Under the pieces are notes generated by a model. The model worked only from the letters and a program-made list of their open reading frames with translations. It had not been told where the DNA came from and did no database searches. The translations under genes were made by a program, and so were the position numbers. From Nitrosococcus oceani ATCC 19707 (lineage in GTDB: Bacteria; Pseudomonadota; Gammaproteobacteria; Nitrosococcales; Nitrosococcaceae), in contig NC_007484.1 of assembly GCF_000012805.1 (NCBI RefSeq), forward strand, positions 2,400,001-2,432,000: 32,000 nucleotides of DNA. The letters run 5' to 3'. This document shows positions 1 to 7,400 of the stretch, one piece after another. Each line of letters starts with the position of its first letter. Position 1 is the stretch's first letter.

Positions 1-12
1 ATTAAGTTGCTT

Positions 13-1059
13 TTAATTAGCCGGCCCGGGGGCAACGCTGATCATCCGGCGGATCTCATCGCTCCGGAAGCCCAAGGCCATGGGGCGGTGCACGCCAGGG
101 AGCACGGCGACATCGTAGAGTTCCTCGATTACCCCGCTGATGCGCAAGGTATGCACCCCATCGCCACGATTGATATCAATCACCTGTAGCCCGCAACGGG
201 GCTCGGCGTGACGAGCCTGGAGGCGCTCATCAAGGGGGAGACCGGAGAAACTCTGGTCATGCCGGGGCAAGGACAGGCCCACCACCGCAAAATCACCGAT
301 AAAGCTCAAGCCCCGGGCATAGCCAGGGCAGAAGGCCACCGGCTCGAAGCGGCCCCGTTCCAGATCGACATAACCAAACTCGCCACGGCCCGAGTCCAGC
401 AGCCACAACTTACCCCGGTAGAGGCGCGGCGAGTGGGGCATGGACAGTCCTTCAAGCACCACTTCACCGCTTGCAACCTCAATCAGTACGCCGCCCTCGG
501 TGCGGTGATCCCGCCAGCCGTCGGCCACATCGCTTTGGCTCACCGCGGTGACGAAACGCGGCTGGCCCTCATCCATGACCAGGCCATTTAGATGGCAGCG
601 GTCCTCGGCGGCAAGCTTGGAGATGAACGGCGGTCGCCATAAAGGCGCAAAGCTGTAGCGCTCGCTCACCGTGGCCAGGCAGCTAAACAAGGCGCTGACG
701 AACACCGGTCGGCCCGCGCCATCGGGGGCGATGTCATGGATGTCCAGATCCCCGGTCGTATAGGCCAACTGGGGAACAAACAGCCGGTCAAAGCCCTGGT
801 AATTCTGCCCCGACTCCAGGGTGTTCTCGAACCGCCAGAGCTGGTAGAGACTGCTCATCCACAGCGTGCTGGGGGTAGCATACAGGCCCATGCAACGGGC
901 AAAGGTGCGGTTGAATACCGACAACCTCCCGTCTGGGTTAAGGCCCAGCAGAAACAACTTCCCCGCCTGGTAAGTAGTCAAAGCCAGGCTCACCCGCTGC
1001 TCGGCGAGCCAGGCGGTAAATTGGCGCGAGGCCAGAAACTCGAAGGTGGGCGCGGTCAT
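13..1059 (-). CDS. Conserved hypothetical protein, TIGR03032/DUF4915-like family (function unknown)
   Basis: Intact 348-aa non-repetitive ORF. The ATG at 1059-1057 is preceded by AGGGGA about 6 nt upstream. It lies on the same strand as, and immediately 3' of, the FG-GAP array. The family call is from memory of the uncharacterised TIGR03032 family, not from a search. Confidence 0.6.
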   Translation of the reverse strand: MTAPTFEFLASRQFTAWLAEQRVSLALTTYQAGKLFLLGLNPDGRLSVFNRTFARCMGLYATPSTLWMSSLYQLWRFENTLESGQNYQGFDRLFVPQLAYTTGDLDIHDIAPDGAGRPVFVSALFSCLATVSERYSFAPLWRPPFISKLAAEDRCHLNGLVMDEGQPRFVTAVSQSDVADGWRDHRTEGGVLIEVASGEVVLEGLSMPHSPRLYRGKLWLLDSGRGEFGYVDLERGRFEPVAFCPGYARGLSFIGDFAVVGLSLPRHDQSFSGLPLDERLQARHAEPRCGLQVIDINRGDGVHTLRISGVIEELYDVAVLPGVHRPMALGFRSDEIRRMISVAPGPAN

Positions 1060-1069
1060 CCCCCGTCCC

Positions 1070-1153
1070 CTAGGTCAGACTAATTGGTACCCGCCGAGGA
1101 GAATCAGGACGGCGCGGAACGGAAGAAGAAATAAGGTTATCTTTGTCGTTCAT
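1070..1153 (-). pseudogene. 5' relic of a fourth FG-GAP paralog (27 codons, MNDKDNLISSSVPRRPDSPRRVPISLT*)
   Basis: The minus-strand ATG at 1153 has the same AGGAGAT-type RBS context as the three intact paralogs. The first ~55 nt align at about 75% with the 5' end of the 5280..7400 gene (MNNQDNSISFSVSCHPDSAVEF). Similarity then breaks off and a stop follows 10 nt before the TIGR03032-like start. Confidence 0.5.
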
Positions 1154-1400
1154 TGGAAATCTCCTATGGAGGGGTGGAAAGGTCAGAAAGGAACGAGGCC
1201 AAGCCCGACACTCGTAGAGGCTTTAAAAACCCCCTGGTGGGGGCGGTGGCTTCGATCTCTGGAATGATCTTGAGCCGCTGCAAAGTCCTGACCTGTTGAA
1301 TACATCCCCGCACCTTCTGGCCAGCCAGCGCTCCAGCCCTGCCGGCAAACTCAAAGTGCCAACGTCGGTAAGCAGCCCATTGAACAAGGTCGCCGGGCCG
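1141..1400. repeat. Duplicated junction module, copy A (paralog tail + spacer + RBS + next start codon)
   Basis: Aligns by eye along its whole length with 3076..3335. Shared strings include tcgttcat..gaatctcctatggaggggtggaa.ggtcagaaagg and ..gccaacgtcgg.aagcagccc.ttgaaca. The ends are approximate. Confidence 0.75.
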
Positions 1401-3088
1401 CTGGCCGAAGATCGCCCGAATACCACGTAACTCTGGTGTTCCCCGCCCACCACAATATCATCGAACCCGTCCCCATTCACATCCCCCGCTCCGCTCACCG
1501 ACCGGCCCGAGCTGTCATCAGCTGCGCTGCCGTTGAGCGCAAATCCCTTGCTGCCATCCAGGGCGGAGAGCTCCAGCGCCGCAGGAAAGCCCGTATTCGT
1601 CCCAAACACCACGTAGCTCCGGCCCGAATAATTGCCGCCGAAGCCGGTAAAGGGCGCGCCAATCACCAGATCATCAAACCCGTCCCTGTTCACATCCCCC
1701 GCCCCACTCACTGAGTAGCCCGAGTGGCCACCAACCTCAAAGCTGTAAAGGCCAAGACCGTTGTTGAGCGTAAAAACGATGCCGTTGAGCACAAAACCGT
1801 TACTCCCATCCAGGGCGGACAGATCAAGCACTGGGGGAAAACCCCCGCTGCGCCCAAACACTACATAGCTCTGGCCCGCTCCGCTAACACCGTTGGGGCC
1901 AGCATCGGGTGCGCCAATCACCAGGTCATCAAACCCGTCCCCATTCACATCCCCCGCTCCGCTCACCGAAAAGCCTGAACGGCCACCAACCTCAGAGCTG
2001 TAAAGGCCAAGGCCGTTGAGTGTAAAAACGATACCGTTGAGCGTAAAACCGTTGCTCCCATCCAGGGTGGAGAGCTCCAACACTGCTGGAAAGCCCCCGC
2101 CCGTCCCAAACACCACGTAGCTCTGGCCCACTCCGCTAACATCGTTGAGGCTGACACCAGGCGCGCCAATCACCAGGTCATCAAATCCGTCCCCATTCAC
2201 ATCACCCGCTCCGCTCACCGACCGGCCCGTGCCATTAGAGGCCGCGATACCATTGAGCGCAAAACCGTTGCTCCCATCCAGGGTGGAGAGCTCCAACACT
2301 GCTGGAAAGCCCCCGCCCGCCCCAAACACCACGTAGCTCTGACCCGCCCTGCTAAGAGCATTGATCCCAATACCAGGCGCACCAATCACCAGGTCATCAA
2401 ATCCGTCCCCATTCACATCACCCGCTCCGCTCACCGACCGGCCCGTGCCATTAGAGGCCGCGATACCATTGAGCGCAAAACCGTTGCTCCCATCCAGGGT
2501 GGAGAGCTCCAACACTGCTGGAAAGCCCCCGCCCGCCCCAAACACCACGTAGCTCTGACCCGCCCTGCTAAGAGCATTGATCCCAATACCAGGCGCACCA
2601 ATCACCAGGTCATTAAACCCGTCCCCATTCACATCCCCCGCGCCACTGACTGAAATGGTCCGACTATTGAATACAAAGCCATTACTGCCATCCAGGGTGG
2701 ACGGATCCAACGCCGCAGGAAATCCCCCGCTGGTCCCAAACACCACGCAACAGCCGCTAATCACCAGATCGTCAAATCCATCCCCGTTCACATCCCCCGC
2801 TCTGCTCACTGACCCGCCCCAACCATCGAACGTAAAGCCATTGGCGCCATTAAGGGTGGACAGATCCAAACTCTTGCTCTGATTCGTGACCGGAGCTGGG
2901 CTCAAGACCGTGCCTGGGCTTTGCCCCAGGGCCGGACCCATCAGTCCCGCCGCCAGCAGCCCCCCGCCCAGCACCCGGCGAAGCGCCACCGCCAAAGGCC
3001 GCAGCGCAAAGGTGCGAGGGACATCAGCCGCGAGTTCCACCGCGAAATCAGGACAGAACGTAGAAGTAAAGGCATGTTTATCGTTCAT
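1223..3088 (-). CDS. Secreted FG-GAP repeat protein (integrin-alpha-like beta-propeller), 7 repeats, tail out of frame relative to ancestor
   Basis: 621-aa ORF with seven copies of the SVSGAGDVNGDGFDDLVIGAP ... QSYVVFG ... LDGSNGF unit (DxNxDGxxD Ca-binding-type loop). The N-terminal leader is RPLAVALRRVLGGGLLAAGLMGPALGQ. The RBS AGGAGAT lies 5 nt before the ATG at 3088. Confidence 0.9.
   Translation of the reverse strand: MNDKHAFTSTFCPDFAVELAADVPRTFALRPLAVALRRVLGGGLLAAGLMGPALGQSPGTVLSPAPVTNQSKSLDLSTLNGANGFTFDGWGGSVSRAGDVNGDGFDDLVISGCCVVFGTSGGFPAALDPSTLDGSNGFVFNSRTISVSGAGDVNGDGFNDLVIGAPGIGINALSRAGQSYVVFGAGGGFPAVLELSTLDGSNGFALNGIAASNGTGRSVSGAGDVNGDGFDDLVIGAPGIGINALSRAGQSYVVFGAGGGFPAVLELSTLDGSNGFALNGIAASNGTGRSVSGAGDVNGDGFDDLVIGAPGVSLNDVSGVGQSYVVFGTGGGFPAVLELSTLDGSNGFTLNGIVFTLNGLGLYSSEVGGRSGFSVSGAGDVNGDGFDDLVIGAPDAGPNGVSGAGQSYVVFGRSGGFPPVLDLSALDGSNGFVLNGIVFTLNNGLGLYSFEVGGHSGYSVSGAGDVNRDGFDDLVIGAPFTGFGGNYSGRSYVVFGTNTGFPAALELSALDGSKGFALNGSAADDSSGRSVSGAGDVNGDGFDDIVVGGEHQSYVVFGRSSASGPATLFNGLLTDVGTLSLPAGLERWLARRCGDVFNRSGLCSGSRSFQRSKPPPPPGGF
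2050..2613. repeat. In-frame 216-bp tandem repeat (about 2.6 copies) inside the FG-GAP gene
   Basis: Segments 2166-2381 and 2382-2597 read identical base for base. The unit continues for 16 more nt (to 2613) and is near-identical upstream back to about 2050. It encodes the exactly duplicated 72-aa blade GINALSRAGQSYVVFGAGGGFPAVLELSTLDGSNGFALNGIAASNGTGRSVSGAGDVNGDGFDDLVIGAPGI. Confidence 0.9.
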
Positions 3089-3335
3089 TAAGAATCTCCT
3101 ATGGAGGGGTGGAAGGGTCAGAAAGGGGCGAGATCCAGGCCCGACACTTGTGGAAACTTCAAAAGCCCCTTGGTGGGAGCGTTGGCTTCGGCCCCTGGAA
3201 TGACCTTGAGCCGCGGCAAAGCCCTGACCCGTTGAATATATCCCCGCACCTTTCGGTCAGCCAATGCTCCAGCCCCGCTGGTAAACCCAAAGCGCCAACG
3301 TCGGCAAGCAGCCCTTTGAACAATGCCGCCGGACC
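3076..3335. repeat. Duplicated junction module, copy B
   Basis: Homologous to 1141..1400 (see that entry). It spans the 3' end of the 3159..5267 gene, the 70-nt spacer and the start of the 1223..3088 gene. Confidence 0.75.
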
Positions 3336-5267
3336 CAACGAAAATGCTGCGGGCGTGCCAAACACCACGTAGCTTTGTCCCTGGCTCGAATAGTCGCCGT
3401 TGGGATCGGCACCAGGTGCGCCAATCACCAAGTCATCAAACCCATCCCCATTCACATCCCCCGCACCACTCACCGAATCGCCCGAGAAGTCACCAGACGC
3501 GATGCCGTTAAGCGCAAAACCGTTACTCCCATCCAGGGCGGACAGTTCCACCGCCGAGGGAAAACCCCCGTCCGTCCCAAACACCACATAGCTCTGGCCA
3601 GCGAAAGAAGCGCTATTGGGGTCAGCATAAGGCGCGCCAATCACAATGTCATCAAACCCGTCCCCGTTCACATCCCCCACTCCACTCACCGAGCGGCCCG
3701 AGAGATCACTGGCCGCGCCGCCGTTAAGCGCAAAGCCGTTGCGCCCATCTAGGGCGGATAGTTCCAGTGCTGCGGGAAAGCCCCCACTGGTCCCGAATAC
3801 CACATAGCTCTGGCCCGAATAGTCGATACCGTTGGGAGAGGCAAAGGGCGCGCCAATAAGGATATCGTCAACCCCGTCCCCGTTCACATCCTCCGCTCCG
3901 CTCACCGAAAAGCCTGCGTTATCATAAGTCGCGCTGCCGTTGAGAGCAAAACCATTACCGCCATCCAGAGCGGAGAGTTCCAGCACCGCGGGAAAACCCC
4001 CGCTCGTCCCAAATACCACGTAGCTCTGGCCCACTCTGTCAACACCGTTGGGACTGGCGAAACGTGCGCCAATCACAATGTCATCCAACCCGTCGCCATT
4101 CACATCCCCCGCTCCGCTCACCGAACTGCCCGAGCGGTCACCGGCCGCGATACCATTGAGCGCAAAACCATTACTGCCATCCAGGGCGGCAAGTTCCAGC
4201 ACTGGGGGAAAACCGCCGCCCGTCCCGAACACCACATAGCTCTGGCCTGCTCCGTTAGCACCGTTGGGACTGGCATCAGGTGCGCCAATCACAATGTCAT
4301 CCAACCCATCCCCGTTCACATCCCCCGCCCCGCTCACCGAGCGGCCCGAGTGATCAGCAGCCGCAACGCCATTGATGATAAAGCCATTGCCGCCATCCAG
4401 GGCAGACAGTTCCAGCACTGGGGGAAACCCCTCGCCCGTTCCAAACACCACGTAGCTCTGGCCCGAATAGTCGCCGTTGGGGCTGGCGCCAGGCGCGTTA
4501 ATCACCAGGTCATCCAACCCATCCCCGTTCACATCCCCCGCTCCGCTCACCGAAAAGCCTGCGTTATCATAGGCCGCGCTGCCGTTGAGCGTAAAACCGT
4601 TACTCCCATCCAGGGCAGACAGTTCCAGCACTGGGGGAAACCCCTCGCCCGTTCCAAACACCACATAGCTCTGGCCCGAACCGCCGCCATGGGGGGGGCC
4701 AAAGGGAGGAGCAAAGCGGGAGCTGATAGCAGGCGCACCAATCACCAGATCATCCAATCCATCGCCATTGACATCCCCTGCGCCGCTCACCGACTGACCC
4801 GAGTCGTCAAAGGCCGCGATGCCATTGAGCACAAAACCATTACTCCCATCCAGGGCGGACAGTTCCACCGCCGCGGGAAAATCTCCGCCCGTCCCAAAGA
4901 CTACGTAGCTCTGGCCCGCTCCGCTAACACCGTTGGGGGAAGCATCGGGTGCGCCAATCACCAAATCATCAAATCCATCGCCGTTCACATCCTCCGCACC
5001 GCTCACCGACTGACCCGAGTCGTCAAAGGCCGCGATGCCGTTGATGATAAAGCCATTGCTACCATCGAGATCGGACAGCTCCAGGCCCGGGGTCTGCCCT
5101 AGGGCCGGACCCACCAGCCCCACGGCCAGCAAACCTCCGCCCAGTACCCGGCGAAGAGCCACTGCCAAAGGCCGCGGCGCAAGGGCGCGAGGAATCTGAG
5201 CAGAGGATTTTGAATCAGAGGGGCTTGAGAAGGCACGAGAAATAAAAGTAGCTTTTTTATTACTCAT
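3159..5267 (-). CDS. Secreted FG-GAP repeat protein (integrin-alpha-like beta-propeller), 8 repeats, tail out of frame relative to ancestor
   Basis: 702-aa ORF with eight GDVNGDG(F/L/V)DD repeat units. It shares the conserved leader RPLAVALRRVLGGGLLAVGLVGPALGQ. The RBS AGGAGAT precedes the ATG at 5267, which lies 12 nt after the stop of the upstream paralog. Confidence 0.9.
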   Translation of the reverse strand: MSNKKATFISRAFSSPSDSKSSAQIPRALAPRPLAVALRRVLGGGLLAVGLVGPALGQTPGLELSDLDGSNGFIINGIAAFDDSGQSVSGAEDVNGDGFDDLVIGAPDASPNGVSGAGQSYVVFGTGGDFPAAVELSALDGSNGFVLNGIAAFDDSGQSVSGAGDVNGDGLDDLVIGAPAISSRFAPPFGPPHGGGSGQSYVVFGTGEGFPPVLELSALDGSNGFTLNGSAAYDNAGFSVSGAGDVNGDGLDDLVINAPGASPNGDYSGQSYVVFGTGEGFPPVLELSALDGGNGFIINGVAAADHSGRSVSGAGDVNGDGLDDIVIGAPDASPNGANGAGQSYVVFGTGGGFPPVLELAALDGSNGFALNGIAAGDRSGSSVSGAGDVNGDGLDDIVIGARFASPNGVDRVGQSYVVFGTSGGFPAVLELSALDGGNGFALNGSATYDNAGFSVSGAEDVNGDGVDDILIGAPFASPNGIDYSGQSYVVFGTSGGFPAALELSALDGRNGFALNGGAASDLSGRSVSGVGDVNGDGFDDIVIGAPYADPNSASFAGQSYVVFGTDGGFPSAVELSALDGSNGFALNGIASGDFSGDSVSGAGDVNGDGFDDLVIGAPGADPNGDYSSQGQSYVVFGTPAAFSLGPAALFKGLLADVGALGLPAGLEHWLTERCGDIFNGSGLCRGSRSFQGPKPTLPPRGF

Positions 5268-5279
5268 GGAAGTATCTCC

Positions 5280-7400
5280 TTATCGAGTAGGGGCGGAGGG
5301 ACTTCTCGGTACCGGCTCATCAATGGGTACCAAGTCAGCGGGGAGAAGATCCGAGGCGGCAACGCCCGAGAGCTGCGGCAAATCCAATAGCGCCTTGATA
5401 ATAGCCTTGGCCTGGGCAATGAGGGCGTTGGCCTCGGCCGCCGGCAGTATCCCATATTTCCGCAACACTCTCGCCCGCTGGATAAACCCCACTACCTTGT
5501 AAAGTGCTTTGGCTACCTCGCCCTGGGCCAGCTTCCTCTCGGCCCTTTTAAGCGGCCTGGTTAGCCAGTGTTCAAGCCCCGCCGGTAGATCCAATGCCCC
5601 AACCTCAGCAATCAGCCCCTTGAGCAAAACCGCGGGACCCCCCGAAGCCGTCCCGAACACCACGTAGCTCTTGCTCCCGGCGCCGATTACAATGTCAGCG
5701 AGTCCATCGCCATTGACATCCCCCGCACCGCTCACCGACTGACCCAAACGGCCACCGGGCCCGATGCCGTTGATGATAAAGCCGTTGCTGCCATCAAGTT
5801 CGGATAGTTCCAACGCCGCGGGAAAGCCCCCGTCCATCCCAAATACCACATAGCCCTGGCCCGAACTGTCAAGACCGTTGGGGCTGGCGGTGAACGCGCC
5901 GATGAGGTCTGCTTTATTCATTTTTGGTACAAGCTTCTCCAAGCCGGCACCAGGCGCGCCAATCACCAAATCATCAAACCCGTCACCATTGACGTCCCCC
6001 GCACCGCTCACCGAACGGCCCGAATGGTCACCGGCCTCGATACCGTTGAGCACGAAGCCATTGCTGCCATCCAGGGTGGAGAGATCCAGCGCCGCAGGAA
6101 AGCCCCCGTCCGTCCCAAACACCACGTAGCTCTGGCCCGCACCATCAAGGCCATTGGGAGAGGCATAAGGGTTGCCAAACACCAGATCATCAAACCCGTC
6201 GCCATTCACATCCCCCGCACCGCTCACCATGTAACGTAAAGAATTATCGGTCTGGGTACTATTGGTGATGATAAAACCATTGTCGCCATCGAGATTGGAG
6301 AGATTGAAAAAATCGGAAAATTGCCCGCTCATCCCAAAGACCACGTAGATCTTGCTCACCGCAGAAACGTCGCTGTCGCTACCACCGCCGGAGGGAGAAC
6401 CAGACGTGCTGAGCAACATGTCATTAAGTCCGTCCCCATTCACATCCCCCGCACCACTTACCGAGGTAGTAAAGCTTTCGCTGTAGGCATTAGTGGTATC
6501 AGCAAGGATTTTATTACCTGAGGTTCCGTCACTGTCTCCGAATATCACGTAGGTTTCATCCGCATAGCCCACACTATAGTCTCCCGATCTCCCGAGATTT
6601 TTGGCGCCGATAAGGACATCATCAAATCCATCGCCGTCTATATCCCCCGCACCGCTCACAGAAAAGCCCGAGTAATCACCGGACAAGATGTTGCGGATCA
6701 CAAAACCATTGCTGCCACCAAGATCTGAGCGCTCCAGCGCCGGGGGAAAGCCCCCGCTGGTCCCAAACACCACGTAGCTCTGGCCCGTTATATCGCCATT
6801 TTTGAAGGTATGGACACCGGACGCGCCGACAAGGATGTCATCAAACCCATCGCCGTTCATATCCCCCGCACTGCTCACCGAAGAGCCCAGTTTATCAGGG
6901 AGGCCCGAGTAGCTATAGGTCGCAATACCATTGAGGGTAAAGCCGTTATCGCCATTAAGGTCGGAGGAACTTAGCGCGGCGGGAAAATCTCCACCCGTCC
7001 CAAACACTACATAGCTCTGGCCCGCACTATCAAGGCCATTGGGAGAGGCATAGGGGTTGCCAAACACCAGATCATCAAACCCGTCGCCATTCACATCCCC
7101 AGCACCGCTTACGGAAGTGGCCGGACTATTGAATACAAAGCCATTGCTGCCATCCAGAGTGGACAGTTCCAGGCTCTTGCTCTGATTCGGGACCGGAACC
7201 GCGCTCAAGACCGGGTCCTGATTCTGGCTCAGGGCCGGACCCGCCAGCCCTACAGCCAGCAAGCCTCCGCCCAGCACCCGGCGAAGGGCCACCGCCAAAG
7301 GCCGCGGCGCAGGAGCGCAAGGCATAACGGCGGAGAATTCCACCGCAGAATCAGGGTGACACGAAACGGAAAAAGAAATGGAGTTATCTTGGTTGTTCAT
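5280..7400 (-). CDS. Secreted FG-GAP repeat protein, 7 repeats, with intact ~110-aa C-terminal helical tail
   Basis: 706-aa ORF with seven GD(V/M/I)(N/D)GDG repeat units, more diverged than in the other two paralogs. It shares the same leader motif. The RBS AGGAGAT lies 4 nt before the ATG at 7400. The C-terminus LEHWLTRPLKRAERKLAQGEVAKALYKVVGFIQRARVLRKYGILPAAEANALIAQAKAIIKALLDLPQ is non-repeat and looks helical. Confidence 0.9.
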   Translation of the reverse strand: MNNQDNSISFSVSCHPDSAVEFSAVMPCAPAPRPLAVALRRVLGGGLLAVGLAGPALSQNQDPVLSAVPVPNQSKSLELSTLDGSNGFVFNSPATSVSGAGDVNGDGFDDLVFGNPYASPNGLDSAGQSYVVFGTGGDFPAALSSSDLNGDNGFTLNGIATYSYSGLPDKLGSSVSSAGDMNGDGFDDILVGASGVHTFKNGDITGQSYVVFGTSGGFPPALERSDLGGSNGFVIRNILSGDYSGFSVSGAGDIDGDGFDDVLIGAKNLGRSGDYSVGYADETYVIFGDSDGTSGNKILADTTNAYSESFTTSVSGAGDVNGDGLNDMLLSTSGSPSGGGSDSDVSAVSKIYVVFGMSGQFSDFFNLSNLDGDNGFIITNSTQTDNSLRYMVSGAGDVNGDGFDDLVFGNPYASPNGLDGAGQSYVVFGTDGGFPAALDLSTLDGSNGFVLNGIEAGDHSGRSVSGAGDVNGDGFDDLVIGAPGAGLEKLVPKMNKADLIGAFTASPNGLDSSGQGYVVFGMDGGFPAALELSELDGSNGFIINGIGPGGRLGQSVSGAGDVNGDGLADIVIGAGSKSYVVFGTASGGPAVLLKGLIAEVGALDLPAGLEHWLTRPLKRAERKLAQGEVAKALYKVVGFIQRARVLRKYGILPAAEANALIAQAKAIIKALLDLPQLSGVAASDLLPADLVPIDEPVPRSPSAPTR

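Noticed and set aside
2050-2613. Regularly spaced identical repeats that could superficially suggest a CRISPR-like or satellite array.
   Set aside because: The unit is 216 bp with no unique spacers, is in frame, and encodes a complete FG-GAP blade inside a continuous ORF.
3118-3254. Possibility that programmed ribosomal frameshifting restores the ancestral tail frame in the two shortened paralogs.
   Set aside because: There is no slippery heptamer or downstream structure at the frame junction (ctgaccgaaagg / ctggccagaagg). The relic also carries a further internal deletion relative to the intact tail, so simple decay is the economical reading.
1436-6521. Numerous plus-strand ORFs of 60-250 aa (for example 4350..5102, and the identical pair 2145..2336 / 2361..2552) antisense to the FG-GAP genes.
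   Set aside because: They are mirror-frame shadows of the highly repetitive, GC-rich FG-GAP codons. They have Pro/His/Arg/Thr-rich low-complexity translations that repeat with the same 216-bp period. They have no RBS and are fully contained in strong minus-strand genes.
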